A DNA stretch of 48,788 nucleotides from Lophium mytilinum (lineage: Eukaryota): positions 312,179 through 360,966 of the forward strand of contig MU004184.1 in the NCBI GenBank assembly GCA_010093605.1. The letters are read 5' to 3'. Below, in pieces: positions 34,681 to 48,788 of this stretch. The notes beneath the pieces are model-generated. The model ran no database searches. It was given only the letters and a program-made list of their open reading frames with translations, and was not told the origin of the DNA. A program made the position numbers and the translations under genes. Position 1 is the first letter of the stretch; each line of letters begins with the position of its first letter.

Positions 34681-35624
34681 GGGGGAGGCGTCGGTGCATG
34701 CTCTAGATGGGGATGCGCCCGCGATTTGGTTTCATTCGGTGGAGGTGTGGTTTGCGAGCTTGAAAGTCACGTGCGGTAGACGGCTGGGGTTTTGGTTTAG
34801 GGAAGGAGCGCATGGGAGTCGGCTTGATCGAGGTGAGTTGTTCTTCACTGGTTACTTCGCTTCGTGGTTCGCGATCCAGGTAAATAGGGATATCTTCGGT
34901 GGCAGCACGTGATCTTCAGCCCCGCTTCCAATCGGGCCGGCTGGAAGCGGCAAAGCTTCTTTCGACTTCGTCCCGGGAACCCGGAAACCTTTCACGAGCA
35001 TTTCGCGAGCGGTTCAACGGCATCAAGACAGCAGCATCTTACTCTCACGAAACCTTCTTAAATCTCAGAGGGATGGAAAGCCTCACTGAAGCTATGACGA
35101 GCCCTATCGAACGATGCTATCTTCTCCGGTCCCGGAGATACCACGCTTCCTCAACTCCGGTAAACTTTGCTACAGGAAAGGATTGGTATCCATGCTCTCG
35201 CTCTTGGAGCACTCCTCTGCTAGGGATGCCCTTGTGCGCATATTCTCAGCGCATACATTTACGACCTAAATATAATAAGCATTTGCAATATCCTAGGATC
35301 GCGATACCTTAATCATCTTTACCAGCTTACGCCACAAACGATGCCCATATTGTGACTGCGCAACACGGGCATCATCCCAAATGCTTCAAAAGAGCTCCAT
35401 CCGATTACACCTCCCTTGGATCCCCAGTTCAGCATCTTAAACATAAGTTCTCATAAGTACATCTCCGAGGCAACGTGTGTGTGGTAAGCATCTTGCCTAC
35501 CCATCCCTCCTCCCCGTACCGCCCTCAAAACCCCACATTTGAAGGACCAAGCCAGAACTTTGAACATGCTTCCAAGCGACCACTCTACCATCCTATAGCT
35601 AAAACCAGGCTTTCGGACCCCAGC

Positions 35625-36221
35625 ATGTACCCAACACACGCTAGACCATCATCGACGCCATGGCCACTCGTCTCTCCCGCAACACCATCGTAGCCCTAAC
35701 TTTATCCCACCATCCCGATCCCCTAAGTCTCCATTCCCGTCCCCATCGCCCCTGCGCCCAGCCCGAAAACAGATCTCCCCACCCACCCCCCAGCACTCCG
35801 AGAACGGCCGTCGAAATCCCCGCTCCAACCGCCATAGCAGCATCAGCCCACCGATCCGCTCCGCCCTCGCTAGCCTGGGAGCTCGCCCGCATATCGCGAT
35901 CATAGTTCCCTGAGCTGTCGGGTTTCACTCTCTAACTCCAGATCCAGAACAACGCGCTCGCAGCCCGCCCTGGTGGGAGGGGAGTGGGGGAGTAGCGGCA
36001 AAATTGCGCTCTCGGCCTACAATGATGAGACATCGCAGACAGAATCGGGGAGATGTGGGATCGATTGTGAATGGCGCGTCCGCCCGGCCTAGCGAGAGTT
36101 ACGAGGGGATTTGATGCCCCTGAAGTCCACAAGGCTTTGGTTGGGGATTCTTCCTATGCGTTGGAAGAGCTAGTGGGGTAGGGCTAATGAGATCGAATTT
36201 AGGTAGTGCGGTTTGGTCTGA
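35625..36221 (+). pseudogene. Pro-rich hypothetical gene inactivated by RIP-type stops
   Basis: 198-codon frame from ATG to TGA contains eight internal stops, all TAG/TAA, several in Pro/Gln context (PLQPP*QHQP). Confidence 0.4.
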
Positions 36222-37704
36222 GATGTTTAGTGCCCTCTTGCTTGCGCTGCTATGGAAGTAGGAGGTCTTGAGACGGCTGGCTAGATCCTCGGTCTACTCG
36301 ACGGCGACGTGGTACCGTGGATGGGCAGTAGAGTGACTAGCCCGGAGGACTTCTCCTGCGCGTAAGGAATTTGGACCAATTGCGCAGTAGCACCATCGGT
36401 ACGCGTATATCATTTCTTTCCCAGCTCTACAGTATAGACCGAGAAGCTCGATCTTAACACCTAAATCCCGATTCTTGTCTGTGGTGATATGCTACTCGTC
36501 TGTGCGAGTGATATGGGGTTAGCGAGGGTGATATAGAGCTAGCTAGGCTTTCCTGGCCGTCGGGTAGTCGGCTCTCTTGCCGTGCTGCCATTCGTTCAAG
36601 ACTCAATTGCAAGACAACAACTGGTCGAAGCTGGAGAACGTGCCGGGGGTAATGGTTGATAGTACTGAACTTAAAGTTACTGGAAGAGAACTCACTCGCT
36701 GTTGGTAGAGAAAGAACAAGAAGTGAGAAGAAGTCAAGGGTCTACGGTGAAGGGCGGATTCCTTGGAAATGCTCATTGAGGAGTAGGCGGAAAGGGTTAA
36801 TTCACTGTTCACAGCGCGTGTGAGTAGAAGCACGCGGGTGAATTGACTAACCGGGAAGTATGCAATCTAATTTCGAGGGTGCGCACAGAAAGCTGAAGAC
36901 CCTCGGCAAGTTACAGCGTACGCAGAGACTCTTCCATGACCGCCGTATTCGCCTTTCCCTGAGGAATAAAGGTAGCTCAGCAACAACAAGTGAATGAGGG
37001 GAGATGCGATAGTGAGGATATAAGCACTGAAGAAACTATGTCTTAAACTCATCTGCATTAAGCAGTGCCCACACCTAGACACGCACCAGTTCATGACAAT
37101 GTATGTGAAATAACACCACAACACGGTAAAGTCACTTCGATCGCATCAATTGCGTCTCCGTTATCAAAGACGTATTGAACTGAGGTGACTCAGAGCGGCA
37201 TCCCAATGCATATCTACATCCATTTAGAAAACCCCTAATATATCTGCATTACTCCCTAGTAGGCGCACATAGTATTCCTACGTGGCATCTTCTTCAAGCT
37301 TGTCGCCAGACATAGCCCCGCACGCCTCCTCCGCCACGTCATCACGCTCGTCGCCCAACTACTCGACCACCTTCTCGAAGCTGTCCTTGCTTCCGGTCTC
37401 TCACTGCTCGTTCGGGCGCAGACGCGGCCTGAGAGGGTAGGTCGTCTGGACTCGCCTCACAGGAGTGTGGGAATGAAGCCGATCCGGGGGTGCGATCCTC
37501 AATCAGCTGCGGCAGCTATCCCGGTAGCTGGTCTGTGACTGGGATGGAGATACTTGTCGTGGTCCCTGAATCCCTGGAAGCAGGTCGCAGTGCCGAACAA
37601 TTCATCCACAGATTGAGATACGGAATGCGTATCCGCACAACATAAGCAGGGTAGCTGGAGGAAGACTCTAGATGCGCGCTTCGGGATGCATCCGCGTGCG
37701 TCTG

Positions 37705-37835
37705 TGTTGGAAGTTATCAATCTGACGCTCCTGGTCACGTGACTTCCAGAACATGCCGGTTACATATAGACTTCTCCTATAGTATATATAGGTAAGTCCC
37801 CTTAAGTTAAATATAATTAAGAATTTACTTTAATA
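37705..37835 (+). repeat. 5' LTR (~131 bp) of a Ty1/copia retrotransposon
   Basis: Begins TGTTGG, ends TAATA (RIP form of CAACA), contains a TATA-like run near 37785 and is directly followed by GGTTATAAGCC (RIP form of the copia-type PBS GGTTATGAGCC). Confidence 0.7.
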
Positions 37836-40739
37836 GGTTATAAGCCTAGGTACTTTATACCTTTAACCTCTATCTTTACTATATTTAATAGTTATACTAA
37901 TAACTCTCTTATAATATTTACCTAATATAATACTAAAGAGAAGCTAAAAGCTAAAAATTCTACTAAGTATACCTTTTTTTCTATATTCTCCTCTATATAA
38001 AATTTCTAGATAATTTTACTACTATTATATAGAATATAATTTTATATAATAAGCTTAAAAGAGGCTATATATTATTTTATCTATTTCTACTACTTTTTAT
38101 CTTTTTATCTTCTTCTATACTAAAAATACTATCTAATTTATATATTTAACTACTAAATATAAGTATAGCCTAAAAGAGAGCTTTAAGTATAATATAGAAT
38201 ATATATATTATAACTAAATAGAATTACTACTATACTGCTAGCATACTTCTAAATAGTAAGAATAAAACTAAGAAGAAGAAGTTAAAGAATATATATAACT
38301 TAGCTAGTATATATTAAAATAGTAAGGACTTATATAGTAAGAGCTAAAAGAGTAAATAAAGCTCTAAAAAATCTACTTTAGTTATACTAGTTGCACTAGT
38401 TAATAATAATAACTTAGATAATAATAATAACTTAGATAATTTAGATAAAGTAGATAAATATAACTCTAATATATCTATACCGCCGTCTATAGATAATAAA
38501 GATAACTTATTATACCTGCCTAGTAATACTAATATAGACCCTTAGCTATATACTAAGAAAATAACTAGTAAGTATTAGAAATAGAAAGTATTTAAGCTAA
38601 GCCCGCTATAGTAACTAAGTCTATGCTAGATAAATCTACCCTAGGTAGATCTACTCTAGTAGAGTCTACTATTATTTCCGCGCTGTTAGAATACTCTAAT
38701 TAATAAAAACTATAATAGTAGTAACCTAGTTCTATAGGCCTAGGTATAAATTATAGAGAGGAATATTAATATACTACTATAAGAATATACTTAATACTAT
38801 TAATAATAAAATAAGTACTTTTATTTATATCTAAATAGCCCCCTCTACTCTTACCTATAATAATACTTACTAATAATATTAAATAACTTTAACTTAGTCT
38901 TACTAGAGAAGAAATAGAACGCTACTATAAAGCTTTTTAAAGATTAACTAAAACTAAAAGGCCTAAATAACTTTACTAACTAGAATCTCTACTTATAGCT
39001 TTATATAGAAATATATAAGTTTACTACTATTCTTAATAGTACTAAGCCTTAACTAACTACTAGAAATATTACTATTAATATATAGAAGTCTAAAAACTAC
39101 CTTATTTAAATACTAATTCTTAACTATATTAAATAGAAACCGCTCTAACTAATCTATAGAGTAAAGACAGCGTTTAAAATACTATAACGCCTATTACGCT
39201 ACTATACTATTAGAAACGCAACTAAGATAAATAACCTATAGAAAAAGTATCTAGCTATTACCTATAATACTTTAAAATCTATAGATAACTTCTACTAATA
39301 ACTTAAGGTTACTAATACTTAACTTACTACTCTTAACTCTACCTATAAAATGCCTAAATAGTTCTAGAACTTATACTTTCTTAATAGCCTATCTAATGCC
39401 TTTATATTATAGAGAGATAACTTCTTTAGTAATAATAAAGATATTACTAAAGTTAGTTTTAAAATAGATTTTAATAATATTAGAAGTAAAGTAATTACCT
39501 AGAAAGTATAAATATAAGGTAGTAATATATATATTAACTTTATCTAAAATAGTAAGTAAGATAGAAAATTAAAGATAATAGATTAACTTAAGATATAACT
39601 AAAGAAAAAGAATACTTAGTTCTAGAAGTATATTAATACTATTAAACTCTACCTAACTTATAATATAAGTAAAGGGGGGTATAGAAGAGAAAAATATATT
39701 ACTCTAGCCTACTAACTCTATAGATAGAGTATATAATATAGAGGCTTATAAGGTCTAGCTATCCGCGGCTAAGCTAGCTTATAATTAGAAGAATAAGGCT
39801 ATAGATAAAAAGAAAATAGCTTTAAGCGCTAGTAACTAAATAATATAGAAAGTATAAACTTTATAACTATTTTTAAAACTCTACTTCTATTATATAGCTC
39901 TAATATATTATTATATATTATATAAACTATACTAATATCTTTATAGAAATAGAATATAAATAATAAAATATACTCTATACCTAATATAACTATATTAATC
40001 TCTATTCTATAAGATACTATAGTTACTACGCCTTTTCTCCCCTCTAATAATAATATAACCTAGGTATAGTATATTAATAATATACTAGAACTAGTCTTCT
40101 TTATAAAACTAACTATACTATATAGCTAATTCTAATAGTTTATAGACTTAGGCGCCTTAAAATACTATATAGGTAATATTAAATTATTTAAGAGTCTATA
40201 ACTTCTACTATATTCTATAATAGTAATAGGTATAGAAGGAAGATATATTTATAGATATAGTAGAATAGTTAATCTATAAGTAGATATTTATAGAGTAAAG
40301 AAGACTCTAATACTTATAAACATGCTATATATTTTAGGTATTAATTTTAGCCTTATTTCTATTAACTAACTCTATAGTTTAGGCGTCTACTCTCTTATTA
40401 AGAAAGGTATCTTTAAAATTAGATAGAATAATACTAATAAAATTATTATAGTTACTAAAAGCCTAGAACTAAATAACTTATATATACTATATACTATTAA
40501 TTCTATAGAGTCTATCTAGGCTATATAGGTTTTCTATATAGCTATTAAAGAAAATACCGCCTCTATAGATCTATAGCACTATTAGATAGAATATATAAGT
40601 TTAGTGTAGATACTATAACTATAGAAAGTTATAAAAGGTATTAACTTAAAGTCTAAAGGCCTTAAATACTATAAAATCTATTCTTTTACTAAAATATAAT
40701 AATAGAACTTTACTACTAAAGCTACCTATATATTAGTAC
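37705..40739 (+). mobile_element. RIP-degraded Ty1/copia LTR retrotransposon, truncated at the start of integrase
   Basis: Degraded zinc knuckle near 39650; protease VDLGALKYYIG (from DSGAS.H) at 40145; LINMLYILGINFSLISIN*L (from NVLYVPG...LISVSQL) near 40320; DL*HY*IEY (from LWHRRMGH) at 40568 plus a degraded CxxC, i.e. gag-PR-pre-integrase order. Confidence 0.8.
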
Positions 40740-43700
40740 TATTAGGAATTTCTAAATTAAGAAACGCGTAGAGAATACTAGTTACTTATATAACCTTCTA
40801 GAAGACTATATATTTTACTACTCTATAGGCTTTACACTACTCTATAAAAGTTTATCTACTTCTTATATAAAATTTACGCGTAGGCTATATAGATAATTCT
40901 TAATTATAGATAATCTAGTATTATAGGTAATTATTATAGTTAATAACTACTTTATAGTCCTTATAAATATAGCTATCTACCTTCTCTATCTAACCTTTTA
41001 AAACCGCCTAATCCGCCTAGGTTATAGATAGATAGATAATAATATAGATAGAGCCTTATATACTAAATATATAATTATTATATATAGTAGAAAATTTAAA
41101 GTTATACTAGTATATCTAGTTATCCCTTCTTACTACCTCTACTAGAGCTTTATAGTCTATAGTAACTTTATATATATTATAGACTTTATATATTATATAA
41201 ATAGTAATATTTATATATATTTCTAAGAATTATATAACTATTACTAACCTTAATAATTTTAATATTCTAGTAGACTATTAAAGCTAGTAACGCGTGCGCT
41301 AGATATCTAGGCTAGGGAATAGCATATAATATATATATTACGCGTTAGATAGTAGACTATATAGTAATTTAGAATGCATCTAATTATAGTATATATATTA
41401 TAAAATAGAAAGATAATACTAAGTATAAAATAGAGCCTACTTATACTCTATTTACTAATTCTATACTACTATTTCTTATTTCTAATACTCTTAAGTAACT
41501 TAATAACTAGCTATAGGCTTTCTTCTCTAGAATTCTATACCTTAATATAGGTAGCTATAAACTTTTAATATTAGTCTTTATTAAATATAATTATAGTATT
41601 ATTTTTATACTAGCTATATTTATCTTTCTTTATATAGAACCGCTGCCTAAATTATATAAATAAGAGATTAAAAGGGCACCACTTCTAGCAGTTCTTTATC
41701 TTAATACTCTTCTTAGCCTTCCTATAAATTAGAGCTAAGTAGTATAAGTTATTATTAGTAAGGGGCTTTATATTATTAATCTTATTATTTTATAGTTAAT
41801 ATAATTAGTATATTATACTTTAGCTCTCTACCTTATATAATTACTTATACTATCTATAATATCTAATAAAGTATCTCTAAGAGGGGGGCTAGATAGAATT
41901 AAATATAGTAAGAATAAGTACCTAGAGTTAAATAGTTATACTTTACTCTTAATGCGCTTTATTAGTATATATATCTTCTTGCGTTAGTTAATAAAGTTCT
42001 ACTACTAATTCTACTCCTTTACTTCTATTCTTGCTACCCTTGCGGTAAAGGCCTATTATTATTCTAGTATTATATCTTTAGTTAAATCTAATATATTATA
42101 GCGGTTAGGATTATTATATATATTTTTATTATTATCTTCTTTATAGTTTATATACTAACCTACCCGTTTTATAATAAATTCTTACTAGTAGAATAATAGA
42201 TAGTACTTATAGCGTAAGCTAAGTGCCCGCTATTAGGCGAGATATTTATTATAATTTACTACCCTAGCTTATAGTTAGTATAGTCTTATTTAAGGGGGGC
42301 GGTAGTTAATACTAGTAGTAGTAACCCTGTAAATTAGGTTTATACACTTCTAGCCTAAGGTATATTTACTAATAGTATAGTAGAGGTAAGTATATATATA
42401 TATAATAGTATTACCTAAAAAGAGATTAAAAAACTCTTTTAAGTATCTTTATATTTTTAAGGCGTTTATAGACTATTCTATAAAGAGTAGATTTATAACT
42501 ACTACTTAAATAGCCTTAGCTATAAAAATTACTAGTAGCCCCTATAATCTATTAGAATGCTATCTAATACTAGGTTAGTAACTAACTTTAGCTTAGTTTT
42601 TATCTACTCTAAAGAGATAGTTCTAATTCTTTATTAGTGTTAATATAATACTAGTAATATCTAGAGTTATAAAACTAAGACTATAGTATTCTTATATAAT
42701 ATTATAAGTAACCTTTATTATAGTATTATAGAAATAACTAAAAGTATTATAAATCTAGATTATATATTATAATTAGCTATTATATAAGGTTATAGAAGTA
42801 GAAAGAGAGTAATATATCTTCCGCGCGTAAAAAAGGTCTAGAGTAGTAGAAATATTAGCTTAAGTATAGAATAGTTAGTCTTTATAAATATCTATCTATA
42901 TTTATATTAGTACTTACTAAAATATATCTAGCCTAATACTCTTAGTCTAGGCTATAAGGTTATTACTATATTTCCTAATTATATTAGTGCCTAATACTAT
43001 GCTTTTAAGTATCTAATATCTTATTTATTCTTCTACTACTATATATTTTACCTCTATAGTTAGTACTTTAGTATGCCTATCTACGCTATTTTATATCTAA
43101 ATTATTTTACTATATTATTTTATACTAAGAGAGCTAATATAGTTATAGATAGATATACCTCTATCTATACCTAAGAAGCGGCTAGTAGAAGAGAAGAATA
43201 GTAGACCGCTTAATATAAAGGTATTAGACCTAGTTATTTAGTTAATAGCTCTGCGGGCTTCTATTCTAGCCGCTATCTTATCTTAAACTACGGCGGCACC
43301 CTAATAGGTATTTATTAGTATGCACTACTTAGTAGAGTAGCTATAATATATATATAAGCTAATTTTATACTTAAAGTCTATTTATATATAGAAGTTAGTA
43401 TTACTAGATTAAAAAATAGGTATATACCTATTCTTATCCTCTATACTATATTTTCTCTTTCTAGTAAAAAATAAGGTATAGCTAGATAGCTAAGATAATA
43501 TAGTATTACTATTTTAGAATATTCTAGTAGTATATTCTCTTTTACTTATTAAGTTCTATATATTTATTATTAGTTAGTAGGCGTTAGAGTTAAGAGAGCT
43601 AGATGCGTTACTATATTAATTAGCTTTAAGGCAGCGCATTTTTACTTCTTTACTATTTATAGTTATACGTGTTAGCTATATATATATTAATATATACTAT

Positions 43701-45637
43701 AGATAGAATATATAGTATAGTATATTTAAGTTATATAGTAAGTCCCTATTTAGAGTAGAAAGAGATAGTTTTATATTACCTTTTACTATATTTAAGTAGG
43801 TAATATTAAGCCTTACTAAATAATAGATAGGGGGCGTATAGTAAAAGAATATTCTATTTCTTAAGGTAGAGTATAAGAATAATAACTATAAAGAGAAGTA
43901 AAGTAGATTATAATTAAGTAGTATAGAGAGAAGAAAATAAAAAGAGAGTAAGTTGCGCGTTTATTATAATAGAATATAATAGAGCTAGCTAAATATAATC
44001 TATATATATTAACTTAGCGTCTTTAGCTAGTTATATACCTCTTCTCTATTCCCCCCTTAATAAAGCCCTATTATTCTATATAATTAAATACTTCTATCTA
44101 TATAATTACTTCTTCTATTATATTACCTTAGACTAGAGCTTATACTTACGCACTTATATTAACTTCTACTAATTACTATATATGCGCTACTACCTTCTAC
44201 TATTATTTCTAGATAGCATCTTCTATACTATTAAAATAGTAGTTAGTTAAGAGATTATAGACTTTATATTCTATATTATTAGATAGATAGCTAGCTAAGT
44301 TAAAGGCCCTAATAGAGGTATTAATATTATAATACGCAGCTATTCCCTTATTACTAACTTTATTTCTAGTTAGATAATCTACTTAGGCGTAAATAACCCG
44401 CTAGCTATTTTCTCTAGCTATAGTATATATCCCTCTTCTATATTATCTATAATAAACGCCTCTATCTTTACTAACTAAATTATATAACCTTAAGCTATTA
44501 TATTTTTCTCTCTCTTAGTTTAAAATACCCTCTTTACTACTATTTAGGCCTTCTTTCTATAATTCTAGCCCTTTATTAGTTACTATACTATAAGTAGTTA
44601 TATACTATATTATAGAGTACTCCTCTATAGTAGAGAGGTCTCTAGATAAAAGAATAAAAGGGCAGTTTACTAGTAGTAAATTCCCCCCCTATAGAATCTA
44701 TATATCTAGTTAAGATATTTAGCTATATAGCTATACTTTTAGTTTTAATAATAGCTATAGTTTAGATAACTCTATACCGCCTATATATAGAGATATTAAG
44801 CTATTTATATTCTAGTCTAGTAAAATAGTATAAGGTTATAATAAGGCCCTACCTTAGGGTAGTATAGTTCTAGTCTAGTTCTCTTAGTAAGGCGGGCTAT
44901 AGAATAGTCTAATTATAAATTAGGTTAGCTAGATATATAAACTCTTATACTATTTAAGTTCTCTACCTTTTATAGTTCTATACTCTTATTTCTTATATAA
45001 CTTTTATATTCTTTTTAACTTTTTCTATAGCTCTAATCTCTTACTTATTTATTTTATTACGTAGGTATTTATAACTAGTAGAGGCTAATATAGGTATAGA
45101 TAGAAGGATAGTATAGTACTAGCTAGAGTAGATAGGTATAGGGGTATTATCTATCTATATTAGCTATATTAATTAAAATTATTATATATATCTAATATAC
45201 TATTTAGCTAAGGCTTAATAATTAGAGTAATATAGTCTAGTTTTTTTAATAAACTCTAATATACTATTACTATATACTAGTCTACCTTATTCTTAACTAG
45301 AAACTTAAGATTATCTATAATATAGTAATATATAGTTTTATATTCTATATTAAAACTAAATATTATATTTAATCTAGTAATAAGTATACTAAATTTAGAG
45401 GCTAGTATTACTAGTATACTCTTTAGTAGTATAGGTAGTATAAGTTTATATACTAGTATAATATAGGCGGCCTTACTACCTAGCTACTTTACTAATATTA
45501 ACTTTATTTCTATATGCGCTAAACTATAGTAGTATTTAAAGTATAGTAAAGTTCTATTTTATTTAGTAGGCGGAGTATCTATAGAATTAGAATAATAAAA
45601 TGCATTAATATAATCTTATCTTTTCTTATTATAGTTA
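40740..45637. mobile_element. Nested RIP-degraded insertion(s) of unresolved class
   Basis: The copia frame stops abruptly at TATTAGGAA (RIP form of a TGTTGG LTR-like start); no copia integrase or RT motifs were recognised downstream. Confidence 0.45.
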
Positions 45638-46007
45638 NNNNNNNNNNNNNNNNNNNNNNNNNNNNNNNNNNNNNNNNNNNNNNNNNNNNNNNNNNNNNNN
45701 NNNNNNNNNNNNNNNNNNNNNNNNNNNNNNNNNNNNNNNNNNNNNNNNNNNNNNNNNNNNNNNNNNNNNNNNNNNNNNNNNNNNNNNNNNNNNNNNNNNN
45801 NNNNNNNNNNNNNNNNNNNNNNNNNNNNNNNNNNNNNNNNNNNNNNNNNNNNNNNNNNNNNNNNNNNNNNNNNNNNNNNNNNNNNNNNNNNNNNNNNNNN
45901 NNNNNNNNNNNNNNNNNNNNNNNNNNNNNNNNNNNNNNNNNNNNNNNNNNNNNNNNNNNNNNNNNNNNNNNNNNNNNNNNNNNNNNNNNNNNNNNNNNNN
46001 NNNNNNN
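45638..46007. other. Assembly gap (370 N)
   Basis: Run of N. Confidence 1.
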
Positions 46008-48788
46008 CCTAATATATTTATATATTTAAGTATTAGAGATAATTATAAATAATACTCTATTATTAACTATTACTATATAACGGCCCGGTTTATTTATCTA
46101 AATATATACTTAGGCAGTGCTCCCTTTTTTATAATTATTAATATTATTATAGGGCGCTATTATAATGCTTTAGGGCTTTAGCTAATTATATATAGTATAG
46201 AGATACTAATATTATAAGAGTATAGGCCTATACGCCTATTTTAGGATACTCTTATTTAATTTATATAATAGCTAGAACTAGAGATATATACTTTCTCTAG
46301 TAACTTAGATATATTAAAAAGCGTAATAAATATAATAGTATTTTAGAGTATTTTCTAAATTAAGTAGAAAGGTTATAAATAGATAGTATCTAAATTAGCT
46401 ATAGAGTAGTATATAAATATATTATACTATCTTAAAACTAATCTAACTTATCTCTATATCTAATTAGCTATAGTATTAGTAGTATATTAAAATATAAATA
46501 GCTAGAAAAGGCTTAATATTAGTAAGTATATACTTTTCTACCTATTTTCTTTTAGCTAGTATATATATATAGTACTAAATTATACTACTATAGGCCTATA
46601 GTATACTCTAATTTATAGGCTACTCTATTTAAATCTCTTTATTAGGAATATAAGTAAAATTAGATGTATACTATCTACTAATATTCTATAGTCTAGATTA
46701 GAAGGGTAGAATAGAGGGTTTTTATAACCTTTCTATATCTTATAATATATAAGAATATTACTAATAATATATATAGGCCTATAGAGTATTAGCGCTACTA
46801 TATAGATATTTACCTATATAATACTATAGTTTATATTACTAATACTTAGGCCTTAAATTATATTTAAGGCTTATACTACTAATACCTAAGCTTTATAGTA
46901 AGTATATAGTTAAGTAGATTATATTAATATTAAAAATAGGTAGTCTATAGTAGACCTGCTATAGATATAGTATACTTATTAATATAGTAATTACAGGTAT
47001 ATTATAGAAGTAGAAGTTAAAATAGTTTATTTTATAATATCTACTATAGAACTATATATACTATATAATTAGTATATTTAGTAGTTACCTTAGTACTAAT
47101 AGTCTCTTAGTTTTTCTTCTTTTTTAGTATACTTTATATAACCTTATATATAAACTTATTATTATTAACTATATAGAACTAAGCTAGTATATCTACTAGG
47201 TTATTACCCTCTATATAGGTAAGAATAATACTATATATTCTATTAAACCTCTAGTTCTTCTACTATACTTTAAATATAATTTATACCTTAAGGCTAGATA
47301 TAGTTTATAGCTCTATAACTATTACGCATATATATTAAAAAGTAAAGTTAAAGCCTTCTACTTCTCTAGTCTTCTAGTTTATAACTAGAATATTAATAGC
47401 TGCTAGATTATCTTAATTAAGCTTAAAGCCGGTATTAAATTACTTCTATTACTTAACTATTAGTAATAAATATAATTATATAAGCTTTTTAGTTAGTATA
47501 GTCTTTATAATTATCTAGTATTAATTATATTAGTTTATTAAATAATAATTACTAATTATAGATAGAGATAGGTAGTAACTTATAATATAGATAACTAAAT
47601 TAACTATAGGCTCCTTACTAATAATTAGTATCTTCTTCTTCTTAGCTTAAATATATTAAACTATACTATAAATCTTCTTTAGCTTTTCTAAATTAGCTAG
47701 TAGGTTAGTATACTATTTAGTAAGGGTACTCTCTAAGTCTATATAATCTATCTAGCCTATATTTTTAATATCTTCTAGAGTAAAGATTAGATTACTTATT
47801 AAGCTAAGCTCTTTCTATTATATCTTTAATTTAGCTAGCCTAGAAATTAATATAAAAATCTAGGGTAGCCTTCTCTTACTTAAGCCTATTAGAAAGGCGC
47901 CTAGGCTAAAGAAAGGCGGCAGCTTATTAATTACTACTCTATACCTTAGCTATTCTTTATACTTTTCTTTAAGGTCTATATATCTCTCTCTAATAACTAT
48001 ATAGTACTTCTTAATAAAGGGTTTAAAGTAGTCTAAAGTACTAACTATTATCTACTATATAATATAGAGCGGTATATCCCCTAAAAAAAGGCTATCTAGG
48101 CTAAGGCTTATTAGTATTCTATAGATACTTATAGCTATAATTATATTTAATACTCTCTAGAGACGCCTAGATAATTTAGAATTATTCTATAGTTACTGCT
48201 CTTTCTTTATTTTTAAGGTGTAGTAGTAACTTCTAGCCCCTATAAGGTCTCCTTAATTAATATACTAGAGGGTAGAGCCTTAATAAAGAATATTAAACTT
48301 ATCCCCTTTATCTATATTCTCTTTCTCTAACTTCTTATCTAGAAAAGTATTATCTAGGTTATCTTTAATATTAGCGTCTAAGTTAGTTAAATCTACTATT
48401 TAAGTTAGCGTCTATAAACCTCTATATAGTATAACTATTAGATATAATAGAGTTTTAGGGCTGTAGAGAAAAAAAGTCCTACTATAGAATAAGCCTCTAG
48501 GGTAGCTATATAGATTAGCAGCCTTATTAAATACTTTTAAGTTCTAGCCCTAATAAATCTAATTAAGTATATAGTTAATATTTACCTATTTATATATAGT
48601 TAGGCGGAATATATACTAATACTATATAGACTTAATATAGCTAAAAGCTATAATATATAGAGATATATTATTAAATTCTAGATAGAACTTATTAAAAAAA
48701 ACGGCCCTATATATATATATAGGGGTTACTTTATTACTATATAATAGGTTATAGAATATTATAAAGGTCTCTAGTAAGTTTAAATTCT

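Larger units (their letters stand above)
37770..48788. other. AT-rich RIP-mutated repeat block
   Basis: Abrupt change to very high AT, excess TpA, near absence of CpA/TpG, no ORFs >=60 aa reported. Confidence 0.95.

Noticed and set aside
35625..36221. Alternative genetic code (TAR = Gln) or A-to-I stop repair as an explanation for in-frame stops
   Set aside because: The intact permease and RING genes both end in TAG, and RIP explains the pattern more simply.
38402..38437. AATAATAATAACTTAGAT x2
   Set aside because: Short repeat inside the RIP-mutated copia; not an independent feature.
42900..43140. Possible telomere-linked RecQ helicase motifs in the RIP block
   Set aside because: Resemblance depended on liberal de-RIPing of one frame; no convincing Walker A or DExH motif.

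Overview
Eukaryotic DNA from a filamentous ascomycete (Pezizomycotina): short GT-AG introns with CTAAC/CTGAC branch points and a strong repeat-induced point mutation (RIP) signature. Positions ~1-37.7 kb are GC-balanced but gene-poor. Only two protein genes look intact: an intron-containing APC-superfamily GABA/amino-acid permease (32453-34393, -) and a small tail-anchored RING-finger protein (22360-22881, -). The most notable content, invisible to the ORF track, is a co-oriented set of three spliceosomal snRNA genes: an intronless U6 (15513), a U2 interrupted by a 59-nt spliceosomal intron (~24778) and a second U6 interrupted by a 49-nt spliceosomal intron in its catalytic core (29357). They share upstream TCACGTG motifs and carry unusual substitutions at normally conserved, modified positions. 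Between them lie a TA-flanked MITE, twin structured introns around a 14-nt microexon, an ISWI SLIDE-domain fragment, a decayed histone H4-like gene, a palindromic repeat array and several RIP-damaged pseudogenes. From ~37.7 kb to the end is an AT-rich, heavily RIP-mutated transposon block that starts with a Ty1/copia element (LTR, PBS, gag, protease, pre-integrase) broken by a nested insertion, with a 370-N gap. All calls are by eye; no database searches were run.
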